A stretch of DNA of 64,000 nt from Geosiphon pyriformis uo1 (lineage: Eukaryota > Fungi > Glomeromycota). The stretch covers positions 96,356-160,355 of the forward strand of contig JAAOMT010000239.1 of NCBI GenBank assembly GCA_016748015.1. Reading direction: 5' to 3'. This document shows positions 25,501 to 38,334 of the stretch, one piece after another; the first letter of the stretch is position 1; the number at the start of each line of letters is the position of its first letter. Both the position numbers and the translations under genes were made by a program. The notes below the pieces were generated by a model, which was given only the letters and a program-made list of their open reading frames with translations, ran no database searches and was not told where the DNA came from.

Positions 25501-27200
25501 AAAAATACTTAAAAAATAAAAATATATATGCTGCATACTTATTTTAATTTTTAAATGTTTTTTTAATATTAATAATATTTAATATAATTATAAACTTTTA
25601 AACAAGTGAATAAAATACAAAAATAAAAATTTGCTTTTATTAATAATATATTTAAAAAATTTTTTCTAAAAACCAAGTTTGTTTTTAATCTAAAACTTTA
25701 TATTTAATCTTTAAAAATATTGTTATTTATTAAATTATTATTAGTTATAAATTTTAGTAAATAAATTTTAACTATAAACAAATTTATGTATATAATAATT
25801 TTTGTTAAGCCAAAAATAAATTAACTAAAGATTATGCAAATTACTCAAATATTAAAAAATATATTATTACTTATGTAACTTATGTAATATAAAAAATAAT
25901 TAAATCATATTATTTATGTTTTGTTTTTATAATATCTAAAAATTAGATTTTTATTTTAAACTTAATTTTATTGAATTTTTTTTAAATTTAAAAAATATTT
26001 TATTCTTTAAAAATTTAATATTAACAAAAAAACCAAATATCAATTAAGTAAACTTTTTTTTAAAAATTTAATTTTTTGAATTAATTAAATAGAAAATTAT
26101 TATTTTTATAATTAAAATTAATATATTTTAATATTAAATAATATTTTTCAACCAATTAATTTTTTATACTTGGAAATAATAAGTATTTTAAGTAGAATTA
26201 TTAAAAACAATTTAATTTATCAAGTTTTATTTTATAAATATTATTTTTTTTGAATGTTTTAATATTATCTTTTTATTTTTTGTTAAGACAATAATTTTTT
26301 AATAAGATTTCAAATTTAATTGTAAGCTTAAAAAATTTTATGTTTTTAAATATTATTTTTTGACAGTTTTTAATTAAATTTAAATTTTGTTGATTTATTA
26401 ATTAGTTAAAAAAATTTTTGCCAATTTTATTAAATAATAATATTTTTTTCTTAAATTTAAATATATAAATAAAGATTCATTTTTTCATATAAAATAATTT
26501 TGGTAATTTAAGCAATATTTATGGTTTTATATATATAAGAATTTTTTAAATAAATAAATTGAATATTATTTTTTTGAAATTAATATACACGAGTGGCTAA
26601 TCATGCGTTGGTGGTTGGATTACACTGGATATGCAATAAAAAAAATATATAACTTTATTATATTAAAAATTATTAAAACTTTAATTGATAAATATTAACT
26701 TTTAAATCTTATTATAAAATAATATTATATAAAACTTAATTATATATTTTTAATTAACATTTTGAAAATCAAAGTTAAGTAAATATTCATTAACAAAATA
26801 AGTTAATTCATAATTTAAATATTATTATTAAATTTTAAAAATAAACAACTTCTTATGTTATTAAATTTGAACTGAATTTTAAAAAATATTGTTTATTTTG
26901 TAAGTGTTATTTATTTTAAAACTTGACAGTAATTTTTAAAAAGGGCTGCTTATTTAATTTTTATAACTTTTGGACTTAAAAAAGAAAGATTGCTTTATAA
27001 CTTTAATTAAAAGTTAAATATGTGGTTATTTGGATTATGCTGAAAAAACCAAATAGTTAATTTATGTAATGAGACTATTAAGATAAAAAATGGCTAACAA
27101 TATGACTATATTCAAAATTATAAATAATATTTGCATATTTGAAAAATATTGTCTAATTTAATTAATGAAATATAAATTTGTTTTTGTAAAGTAGTCTAGA
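22550..27200. other. Extremely AT-rich gene desert, probably fully decayed repeats
   Basis: No ORF of 60 aa or more in the track; very low GC by eye. Origin cannot be assigned. Confidence 0.5.
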
Positions 27201-27610
27201 TTTGCAGACATGACTTCATAAGCTGAATCGTATTAGTTACTAATCTAAAAATTTTGGGCTCAAGTAAAAACGAGAACACAGGAATTCATGGTGCCCTTTT
27301 AGCCTCCCCCAATCATTTTCTGAAACAAAGAATATTGTCATGGGTAAGATCACTCGAAAGTTGCTTGCTGTTCATGATTGGATCACTGATTGAGGCTTAT
27401 CCCCATGCGTTTTAACCTTCATCTGCTATCGATCGGAAAATTCATTCGGCGATCATCTACATTTGACGCGCGAGAAAAGATAGAATTTGAATCAACACTT
27501 TGGTTAACAGAAGTTCATATATTGCAACACATTTTCCCGACGATTCAGTATAAATTTCACTCCAGTTTGTTCATTTGGAGTTTTGAAGTTTTTAAGCATA
27601 TGAAAAAGTT

Positions 27611-30600
27611 ATGTCAACAACGACCAGTAACGACCCTTTTGCGTTTTTTGAAGACGACCTGTCAACCCTGCTAAACACTCGAACCACCCGCGGCATGGCA
27701 AAACGCGAGAAACTTAGACGAAATGCCGGTTCACCGCCTCAGAACAGAGCCTTAACAAATAATTCGTCCTTTGAAACGCCGCCTAATACTCGAGCTGAAG
27801 TTGAGTCAAAAGAAGTCAAGGTCACGATTGTGACACCTTCTTTCTCAAAGCCTTCGTCTGTAATATCCGAAGAGGCCTCTTCTTTATCAGTTACTACACC
27901 ACCACATAACTTTTCACCCTCGCCGTCACGTTTTACTCGGTCAAAAAGAAAAGTCAGAGAGATATCTGAAACACCTGAGACTGTTACAAAAAGTGCACCA
28001 AGAAAGAGAAAGCCTAACGATATAGATAATCATATGGGTACACCTTCGCGTAATACACGCTCAAAGGCTAGAGCAAAAGACCAAAATATAATTTCGGAAG
28101 ATGCTGAGTTATTTGCCGAAAAACCCAAAAAAACGGCTGTTACCACGGAAAAAACCAAGAGCCAATCAATGGCAAGAAAGTTTAAGGTACAAAACAAAAG
28201 ATTGGTTCAATACACGAATGTAAGCAAAAGTATTTTGGGAACTATTGATGGACAAACTTCAGAGTCGGATGATGTGATAATGAATGAGGAGAATCAATAT
28301 GGTGAATTAAGAGATTTCACCAAAGACCAGGCTAATCAATCTAACGAAATTGGCTCAAAAACTAATCAAGAAATTGATGATGAGAGAATGGATACGATAA
28401 ATTTTGATAAATCATTTTTATCAGAGGAATCTGAAGGGCAGCCTCAAGCCCAAGATGCTCAAGTCAAGGAAGATGATAGCGATGATTTCGAAGAAGTTGA
28501 GATATTTGAAACTCAAAAAGAGGGTATGTTAAAATTCTTTTCAGGAATGACGACGCTTTTAATTATAATAATATTTTGCGATTTACAGAAATTTTTGAAC
28601 CTCAAGATTATTATGGAGACTATACTCTCCCTGAGAAATTGGCTGATGAAACCATTGAAATTACGGTCTCGACAAAAGCAATCAAGTAAGTTCAAGATAT
28701 TTTTTTATTAAATCCCTGTTACAATCAAAAACAACATTAAATTTCAAAATAATAGATCACGAGGTGTAACTAAAATGGACAGACTGATACGGACTGAGAC
28801 ACACAAGATTCATGTATTATCCCTAATTGGACATGGTTTAATTCGGAATAAATGGTGTAACGATCGCCTTGCCCAGGTAATCATTATATGAAATCCACTG
28901 ATATTTGAAATTTCCTGACATCTGTTTGCCTTAAAAGATTCTAATATCCAGAGACTGTTTTCATATCAGTGTCTCGCTCTTTCTTTGATTCCTCCAGATC
29001 TCTTTTCTCAATTTGACACAAAATTTTGTGAAAAAGAGAAATTGACAATTGAAGAATGGACGAATATATTGCAACCTCTGTGCCTTTGGTGGAAAGGATT
29101 TTTCAATATTTGTCGTCCTGGAATTCTTTCACGAGAATATAATGAATTTGGAGTTCTGGGGGTTGTCACTGTATGTTCTTATGCATTTAAAATGTAATTT
29201 TAGAATTTCGAAGTTGCACTCATCATCGCCATTTCTGACGAGTTTTATAGGATGAAGAAAAGAGCTATGTAGATTGGATTCCTTCTATTCAAGCTTTTCG
29301 AATGTGCTTCAAGGAAGGCCGTGGAAGCAAAGACACTAGTGCTCAGTTATTTGTCACTTTATTAAGAGCTTTAGGAATACCTGCTCGCTTGATAATTTCA
29401 TTGCAGGCCGTCCCTTTCAAGTTTTCAGCTAAAAAGCCAGTCGCAAACAAGAAATCGGCAGTAAGAAAGACTGTCAAAACTGAGAAAAAGCAAAAAACCA
29501 AAGCCAGTGACGAAATAACCGGAGATAACATGGAAACTAAAACCTACGTAGTCACAACCGCCAAAAGAGGTCGCAGAACCAGCCCAACTCGAGCACGAAA
29601 AAAATCAAATACAGAGGAAAGTGATCTGAATTGTGTCATAGAACCAGAAAGAGTTAGCAAGTATTTTACAAAGCCCCAGGAAAAAAACGCTGATGAAACA
29701 CTCAGCAAGTATTTTGCAGCGTCACCAAAAGCATATGATGATACTGTAGCAACCAATTCCGCTAATTCAAACAGCTCAAATCAGAAAGGCAAGGCACCTC
29801 AGGATAGAGAAACGGATAGCGATGATGTTTTCCAACCACCATTAAGAAGATTTTCACTTCGGTCTCGAACGAGAAATCAATCACCCAAAGCCATAAAAAT
29901 GAAGATTGAAATAAGTGACGACGAAGATGAAAGTGAAAATGAAAGCGATCAACACAGTGATTTTGAACCCTCTTCCAAGTTTCCATTAAGTCCAAAGCCC
30001 CTCAGACAAACAAGTAGCATTAAACGAGAAAAGCAAGAGGATGAGGAATATGAATTGTCAGTATCTCATCAGAATAAATTTCCCACGCAACATAAAAGGT
30101 CTGGATCTAAAGTAAAACTCAAGGTAGCCAAAGGTATTTATTTGTCCGATTTTTGAATTTGAAAATTCCTTAATATAACCTGATTTTTCTTCTCAGCTGA
30201 TTTTGAAGTCGAACCTCCACCTGTATACTGGTGCGAGGTATATTCGGGAGGGGATAAAAAATGGTTTTGCATAGACCCAATTAGAGCGATTTTGAATAAT
30301 CCACAAACAATGGAGCCAGCATCTTCAGCAACAGACAATATAATAGCTTATGTTGTGGCTTTTGAAGAAGGTACTTAATAAAGATACATCAGCTTAATTT
30401 CTTTTACCTCGCTTATGACTGATTAGCTCATTTATCCCTAGATTTGTACATTAAGGATGTTACACGTCGCTATGCTTCGAGATGGGGTGCTCACACGCGT
30501 AAATTACGAATCCCTGCTACCAAAGACGGGATCGATTGGTGGAAAGAGACATTAAATGTTAAAATGCGACCCTACGAGACTGTAAGTTCTCGATATCCAT

Positions 30601-32181
30601 TATTTAGATTATTTATAATGATGAATTATAATATATCGCACTTTTTTTTTACAGGAACAAGACAAACTGGAAGATACAGAGTTGTTGTCTTCTGAAACAA
30701 TGGAGGCGATTCCAACAACTATTGGCCCATTTAATAATCATCCTTTGTGTGAATTATTTTTTCTTATATTTTGTCAAGAAAAAAATATGACTTTTCCAAC
30801 GAGTAATTTTTTGATTTAGGTATGCTCTTGAACGTCACATTAAAAAATTTGAAATATTACATCCGAAAGAGCCTATTCTTGGATATATCCGTAATGAGCC
30901 AATCTTTCCCCGGGAATGTGTAAAGCCGGTAACGTATGATCATTGAGATTTCATTAATTTTTACATGGCCATTATTTGTGTTTTATCCAGCTGTTTGTAT
31001 ACAGTTGCATACTGTGGAAACCTGGCTGAAAGAAGGTCGTCAAATTAAGGTAAGAATATGGCTTAATATATAATTGAAATTCATTTGAATGCCTTTAAGA
31101 TTTCAATACAAGATTAAAAACTTGGTAGGAAGGTGAACAACCAATGAAACATGTAAAATCCCGTGCGGTCACCTTAACGAAGAAAAAACTGGCAAAAATG
31201 GCAGAATTGTATGATGAACCCCCACGTGAATCAGGACTTTACGCTGAATGGCAAACCGAGCCTTATCAACCTAAACCTGTAGTCAATGTGTGTACTATCA
31301 TAGTATTATTGTAATCTTTTTTATAGTTACTTTGAATGTTTGAAATTCTTGATTTGTCCTATTAAAATAGGGGAAGATACCCAAGAATACTTACGGAAAT
31401 GTCGATCTCTTCAAACCGAACATGTGTCCGATTGGAGCAGTACACATCCCCAGTAAGTATTCAATGATTATTAGCTATCCTGTTATATAATTTTTTATTT
31501 AAGTACATCTACAATCATATAATTTTACTTTTGAATAGTTCATGGAATATCCAAGATTGCAAAGCAACTTGATATTGACTTTGCCGAAGCTGTGGTGAGC
31601 TTTAAAGAGAGAAAAAATTTCTTCATATCCCAAGATCTCATCTAACGTGAAAATTGGCCCTTTTTATAAGATTGGCTTCGAATTTCACTGTAACCGATGT
31701 ATTCCAACAGTAGGTGGAATTGTCGTGGCACAAGAACATGAAGAAATGGTCCGAGATGTATGTACTACAAATATGTTGTCTTTTTCATTCGAAAACCATT
31801 TCCTCTTTTTTATATAATGTCTCATCTTTGGATTTGAATTGTGTTAATTTTCAGGCATGGCGTGAATACTCGGAGAATGTGGCCGTTGAAAAAGAAAAGA
31901 AACGTGTAAAAGTGGTTTTAGGTCGATGGCGCAAACTTTTCATTAAAATGAGGATCAAGTTACGAGTCCAAGAACAGTTTGCTGAAGAGATTATGGAGCC
32001 TATGGAGAGTGAGGAAAGCGAGTTTGATCATGATGGCGATGATTCCTTTTCTGATGATATGGCGATTAATAATAGTGAGAAAGAAAAGACAAACGTGACA
32101 TTATTTAAAGAAAATGGGGAGTCATCCAAATTTGCGGGTGGATTTTTGAGAGAAGTTGATGAGGATGGTGTTGAGTGTTGA
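27611..32181 (+). CDS. RAD4: DNA damage recognition protein Rad4/XPC (multi-intron)
   Basis: Spliced motifs: THKIHVLSLIGHGLIRNKWCND, GSKDTSAQLFVTLLRALGIPARLIISLQ, PPVYWCEVY..WFCIDP, KDVTRRYASRW, FNNHPLYALERHIKKFEILHP (BHD1), LHTVETWLKEGRQIK (BHD2), GKIPKNTYGNVDLF..GFEFH..IPTVGGIVV (BHD3). More than 10 short GT-AG introns. Confidence 0.95.
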
Positions 32182-32372
32182 AGCAGGTCGGTAGGTGATC
32201 TGCAACCTAATTTTTTAACGAGGTTCCTGTAGGGATTGCGCATCTTGATATGAATTTTGATAAATCTTCTGAAATAATAAAGATGTAATTAAAGAATACT
32301 ATGCACGCAATTTAATTTCATTATTCTTCAAAAATAATGCCATTTTTTAATTGTCATTACATCTTTGTTTCT

Positions 32373-32425
32373 CTGCAAACTTATTTTCCGCTTTTATAAA
32401 TTAAAAGCGGAAAAGAATTTTGCAG
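32373..32425. promoter_or_regulatory. Inverted repeat/hairpin upstream of the SBP56 gene
   Basis: Perfect 13-bp arms TTTTCCGCTTTTA (32384-32396) and TAAAAGCGGAAAA (32402-32414) with a 5-nt loop; extends to 24 bp with 2 mismatches (CTGCAAA/TTTGCAG). The structure is seen directly; function is inferred. Confidence 0.6.
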
Positions 32426-32528
32426 TGTAATAATTCTGATGTCAAAATTCAGAACTGGTCGCACAAGATTGAGATATTTAAAAAAAAAACTATGTTTGTA
32501 GTGATTGCTATTTTGCTGCTGTAATACT

Positions 32529-33899
32529 ATGACTCATACTGGCTGTGGTCGTGGGTGTGGTCCTGGCCCTGGCTATGCATCTCCAGAAGCAGCCATAAAG
32601 GCAGAACCAGAAAAGGTGCTTTATGTAGTCGCCCTTTATACAGGCACTGGTATTGAAGAACCAGATTATTTCGCCACCGTAGACGTTGACCCCGATTCTC
32701 CAAACTACTCCCATGTGATTCATCGTCTGCCTATGCCCTACATTGGCGATGAGTTACATCACTTTGGATGGAATTCTTGTAGTTCTTGTCATGGCGACCC
32801 CAGTAAATCCCGACGCTTTGCTGTGATTCCTGGACAACGTTCTAGTCGTATTTATATTGTTGATACAGTAGATAAAAAAGCACCAAAACTGCACAAAGTT
32901 ATTGAACCAGAAGAAATTCGAGAAAAGACCCACTTAACTGCCCCTCACACAGTACACTGCCTACCAGATGGTCATGTAATGATTTCCATGCTGGGTGATA
33001 GCGAGGGAAATGGTCCTGGTGGTTTTTTGTTATTGGATAAAAATTTTGACATTGCTGGACGTTGGGAACGCCAAACCGACGGCATGAGATTTAATTATGA
33101 CTTTTGGTATCAGCCGCGTCATAACGTCATGGTGAGTAGTGAGTGGGCCGCACCCAAAACTTATTATCCTGGTTTTGATCTCAATGACGTAGAAGCTGAC
33201 AAGTACGGTCACCATATACATTTCTGGGATTGGTCAACACGGGAGATTATCCAAAGTTTTGACTTGGGGAAAGAAGGGTTAATTCCCTTAGAATTGCGCT
33301 TTCACCATAATCCCAATAGTGATCATGGGTTTGTCGCTGCTGCACTCAGCAGTACCATCTGGCATTGGTACAAGCGTAATGATGGTTGGGAAATAGAGAA
33401 AGTAATTGAAATAGCACCGGTTGAAGTAGAAGGCAGGCCTATCCCTGTGTCAGCTCTAATTACTGATATTTTGATTTCAATATCTGATCGCTATATTTAC
33501 CTCTCAAACTGGCTACATGGAGATATTCGCCAATATGATATCAGCAATCCCGCGCATCCCAAACTCACTGGTCAAGTTTGGTGTGGTGGTTTGCTAGGTA
33601 AAGGCGGGGAAGTTCAAGGTCATAAATTAGCTGGTGGACCACAAATGCTTCAGCTGAGTTTGGACGGTAAACGGCTTTATGTAACGAATTCCTTGTTAAG
33701 CAGTTGGGATAATCAATTTTACCCCGACTTGTCCAAGACTGGGTCATATATGTTGCAGATTGACTGTGATACTGAGAATGGGGGACTAACAATCAACGAA
33801 AATTTCTACATTGACTTTGGTGAAGAACCAGCCGGGCCCGCTCGCGCACATGAGATGCATTACCCTGGCGGTGACTCCACCTCTGATATTTGGGTGTAA
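32529..33899 (+). CDS. SELENBP1: Selenium-binding protein SBP56 / methanethiol oxidase family, 456 aa, intronless, cyanobacterial-like
   Basis: Family motifs [85 protein letters not shown] and terminal [11 protein letters not shown]. First in-frame ATG is at 32529. Confidence 0.97.
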   Translation: MTHTGCGRGCGPGPGYASPEAAIKAEPEKVLYVVALYTGTGIEEPDYFATVDVDPDSPNYSHVIHRLPMPYIGDELHHFGWNSCSSCHGDPSKSRRFAVIPGQRSSRIYIVDTVDKKAPKLHKVIEPEEIREKTHLTAPHTVHCLPDGHVMISMLGDSEGNGPGGFLLLDKNFDIAGRWERQTDGMRFNYDFWYQPRHNVMVSSEWAAPKTYYPGFDLNDVEADKYGHHIHFWDWSTREIIQSFDLGKEGLIPLELRFHHNPNSDHGFVAAALSSTIWHWYKRNDGWEIEKVIEIAPVEVEGRPIPVSALITDILISISDRYIYLSNWLHGDIRQYDISNPAHPKLTGQVWCGGLLGKGGEVQGHKLAGGPQMLQLSLDGKRLYVTNSLLSSWDNQFYPDLSKTGSYMLQIDCDTENGGLTINENFYIDFGEEPAGPARAHEMHYPGGDSTSDIWV

Positions 33900-36030
33900 C
33901 AGTATTTGATTTGCAGCAGTTTATTCAAGTCATCTCTTAAATTTGAATAATTTGGATTTAGTTTCTCGGTCAATTATTCCAAACCTTATTTTATTTTATA
34001 AAAGAATTCGAATTATATTTTTTGAATGATAAAGTTTGGAAATAAAATAGAAACTTGAAATTCTTTTGACAATTTATTACGAGTATTAAAAAATGGTAAA
34101 CTGTAGGAGAGATTATTAAATAAACATTAATATTTTGTTTAAATAAATTTTGAAATTTACATGCGACTAACTTTTACAATAAATAAATATATTGTAGTCA
34201 ATATAATTTTAGAATATGATAAAAACAATCTAAAAAGTTGTAATTTTGCTTTATAAAAATGGAAACCTGTAAAAATGTATTTTTAAGAATGAATATGATT
34301 TTAGAAAATTTCTAAACATAAAAATTTGAAATCAATTTTAGATAAAATTCGAAATTTTTATTAGAACAGAAGCACTTTTTAATTTTTGTTAATAAAAGCA
34401 AGTTAGAATAATGACCACAAATGACAATAGATACTAGATCACCTTTTTTTTCTTTTGATCAAATTAAAGCTGAGGGCAAAAAATAAAAAAAATTTGGATA
34501 TGAAAAATCAGTAAGCTAAGAGCGTTAAAAAATATTTCGATTAGTACTTTTTATTTAGAAATCTAAAACTAAATTCTTTCGACAAAATATAATTGTAAAA
34601 GCATGTAATTTCATTTTCGGTTTAACCACACTATGAAGTAAGAAAAAGAATTAATTTGAACATGAAATAAAAGAAGCATAATCAATAATATAGTTTTTTA
34701 TACAAAACAATATTCATTACCGAAGATAAATGTGAAATGGGTATTTTATTTTGTTTTTTCTGAATATTTACTTCTTTTGACCAAATACATATTTGGTCAT
34801 TTTTTTTCATAGTTTGCTAATTTACCTTTAAGTTAAGTTTTTTTAAAAAAAATGTTTAGATTTAATTTCTGCTGGTATAATCTATCAAAAACCTTTATTG
34901 TCTAGTGTTACATTTCTTTCAAATATAAGCCTCCAATATGTCACACTTTTTGAAATTTTGGCATAGTTCCTGTATTTGACTGTAAGATCTTTTTAAGACT
35001 ATATATTCAATCTGAAGATGCTTTTGAATCAGTGTTGTCAAGAAAATTTTTTTGTAATAATATGGTATTCTATTTAATATTTTTTTTGAAGATATTAAAA
35101 AAACAATCTAGTACCATCGAAATTATAGAATAATATTTATGCTTTATCTTAAATTTAATTATAAAGAGTATGTTAAAATTTCTTGAAAACGCTATTTGAT
35201 TTTTCTGCTTGAGCAAATCGAATATACTTTATAGGCATCCAAATATTTATATAGTCAAGTTTTAAGTAAGTAAAAACAATATAATCCCTTCATTTTTATC
35301 TTTGCAAAAATTAAATACAAAGCTTGGGTAATTCTTCTCGGGCTATCGATTAATTAGGTTCTTGTTCAAGAGCATTCAAGATGGCGATTTCGGGATCTTG
35401 AAAAGATAATCTAAGCAAAAGGGTTTGGATAAGAAAGGTTTTTAAGAAATTCGGAGCTGGAAAGTGGATCAATATTTCAAGAATTTATTGGAACAAAGAT
35501 TAATTATTAAGTTTTTGGTGAAAGCCTTTTTTTGGCTTGGTAAGAATTTGATGAAAGATTTCAAAGACACTTTATTGATTTTTATCGGGTTTACAAAATT
35601 GAAGAATTAAACAATTATTTGCACTTTTTAGCAGTACTTTCAAAAAATTACTTAAATGAAGTTCTTTTCAAGCAGAATTTAATTGAGATTTCCAAAAAGA
35701 TAAGGTCAAGAATATCTCAAAAATGTTACTTTTATAATTGTATTAATTTTCAATTCAAAGAATCTTTAGTAAGCTTTGGTGAAGTCTTGAACGAAATTAA
35801 AAAAGTTTTGAGGCGAGATATATATTTGGCTTTATCAATTCATTTTCAATTGAAACAACACTTAATTAATTTTTTATTAATAAAGTGATGATTTTCGCTA
35901 AATATATAAATAATTCTAATTCTAATCTAATTATGATTGATTTATGATTGGTTTATAATTAAAAAGAAACAAAGTATAATTAGATAATTTAGATAATAAA
36001 TAGTAAAATTAACGATTACACATTGAAAAT

Positions 36031-37742
36031 TCATTCAAAATTTTCTTCAACTTTTTTACTCTCAGGCAAATAGACTAATTATTTAAAAAGAAAGTTAAAA
36101 TATGTAATTAAAGCAAATAAAATGAATCATTTTATAAATTAAATAAACAAACCTGTTGAAAAATTGACCATTTGAGCAGTTAAAAGACGACTTGTATAAA
36201 CTGCTTCTGGATGAATTGCTATCTTTGTTGTTGTCGAGTCATTTTTTGCTATTTTTGTTAGTATATTTGATTTCCCAAAGTATATCAATCTAAATATATG
36301 ATTATTATACAAATCAAGAAGTTCCATAAACTTTCCTGTAAGTTCTCTAGCAGTAGGACGATTCTTAGGATTAGCATCCCAACACTTTTTAATGAGTTTA
36401 CCGATAGAAGGTGGAATAAGTGGGGAGGTAATATTAGGTCTTTGACCATTTAAAATAGCCATTATAAGGATTTCGTCATGAGGACAATCATGAAAAGGNN
36501 NNNNNNNNNNNNNNNNNNNNNNNNNNNNNNNNNNNNNNNNNNNNNNNNNNNNNNNNNNNNNNNNNNNNNNNNNNNNNNNNNNNNNNNNNNNNNNNNNNNN
36601 NNNNNNNNNNNNNNNNNNNNNNNNNNNNNNNNNNNNNNNNNNNNNNNNNNNNNNNNNNNNNNNNNNNNNNNNNNNNNNNNNNNNNNNNNNNNNNNNNNNN
36701 NNNNNNNNNNNNNNNNNNNNNNNNNNNNNNNNNNNNNNNNNNNNNNNNNNNNNNNNNNNNNNNNNNNNNNNNNNNNNNNNNNNNNNNNNNNNNNNNNNNN
36801 NNNNNNNNNNNNNNNNNNNNNNNNNNNNNNNNNNNNNNNNNNNNNNNNNNNNNNNNNNNNNNNNNNNNNNNNNNNNNNNNNNNNNNNNNNNNNNNNNNNN
36901 NNNNNNNNNNNNNNNNNNNNNNNNNNNNNNNNNNNNNNNNNNNNNNNNNNNNNNNNNNNNNNNNNNNNNNNNNNNNNNNNNNNNNNNNNNNNNNNNNNNN
37001 NNNNNNNNNNNNNNNNNNNNNNNNNNNNNNNNNNNNNNNNNNNNNNNNNNNNNNNNNNNNNNNNNNNNNNNNNNNNNNNNNNNNNNNNNNNNNNNNNNNN
37101 NNNNNNNNNNNNNNNNNNNNNNNNNNNNNNNNNNNNNNNNNNNNNNNNNNNTATCCCTTATAACTAAACATAGCTCTTTGAATATATAACTATCAAAACA
37201 CAGTGTAAAAAAAGATTAAGTAAATAGATAATATATATAGTAAATAACTAATAAGTAAATGTGAATTAAATTAATATATATAAATATAAATAGTTTGTTA
37301 CCTCTTTAAACACTTCTGAACTGTTCGTTGGGATAATTTTTATTGCTACCGCCCATCCTATTCTTTTTCTTTTATATTCCATTGAACCATGATGTTTTAT
37401 ACTTTCTACATCAATTAATCCATCAATTAAGGTTGCTTTATAAATTATACCAAACCCTCCTCTAGCAATTTCGTTGATATCCGACAAACGCTCCCATGGA
37501 ATCCATTCATAGTAATTCAATTGACTATTCCAATTATCAGGAATATAGATTGGATTCTTAATTATTTTATCAACTTCTTCATTGCCACTTGAAAAGTCTT
37601 TATAATGTTTTTCAAAAAACATGAACTGGCATTCAATACAATCATTAGACGAATTATATTTAATACTCTTTTGACACCGTTGACATTCATTGCAATCATG
37701 AGCCTCTGGACGAGTCGTTCTTTTAATTTCTTTGTTTTCCAT
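36031..37742 (-). CDS. Tyrosine-kinase-like protein kinase (Glomeromycota-expanded type); middle lies in a gap
   Basis: Start MENKEIKR (37742), Cys-rich N-terminus, EWIPWERLSDINEIARGGFGIIYKA, AVAIK, intron after EVFKE. C-lobe GQRPNITSPLIPP..KCWDANPKNRPTA and AVYTSRLL; last mini-exon LVYLPESKKVEENFE*. Intactness cannot be verified. Confidence 0.8.
36499..37151. other. Assembly gap (N run)
   Basis: Run of N. Confidence 1.
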
Positions 37743-38334
37743 GATATAAATAACGGACAAAGGATAAAATGTGAATAAGTTATTATTCAAAGAGGGTTTC
37801 TTTAAAGGTTTATTTGATAGTACGTTTATAGTTATTTGTCCTAAAGGCGAGTTCTTATTTATATCGTTTCGCATAGTGTAACAAATCAATTTATTAACCT
37901 TATTCATCAGACTGTGATTCGCTACAAATTATACTAAATAGGTTTAACTATGAACAAATCTAAGTAGCTATAATGCACAGAGACGCCAAACAAGTTTCCC
38001 ATTGTCAAATTGTCTTGTTACATAAATTAAATGAGTAGTTCAATTTCTTTATAAAACAACAAAAATAGCAACAACAACAACAACAATACTAATAGAAACG
38101 ATTTAGGCTTCGTGTGATGCATGAAAAATACTGTACTGCTGAAATTCATTTGTGCATTAAAATAAAAGATTTTTTAACGGCGGCCAAATGTTATCAAACT
38201 TTATCGTGTTTCTAAATTCCAAAAAGGTCGACACTTAAATGTTATTTTTGTTTACCTTAATACCCACCGTTATATTGCCAGCCATTCTGCCCAAACTTAT
38301 CCCTCTGTTTTACTAAAAAGCTTCAAAAAGAAGC

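Noticed and set aside
32505-32528. N-terminal extension MLFCCCNT of the SBP ORF in the track
   Set aside because: It depends on a TTG start; the first in-frame ATG (32529) matches the family N-terminus.
33484-33492. Possible cyanobacterial HIP1 remnant (CTGATCGC) in SBP
   Set aside because: Only a partial match to GCGATCGC, explained by Asp-Arg codons; no full HIP1 site noticed.
35300-35890. Moderately GC-rich, coding-like stretch
   Set aside because: No sustained frame or recognisable motif on either strand.
36478-37171. Long ORFs made of X residues (also 6290-6493)
   Set aside because: Artefacts of N gaps.
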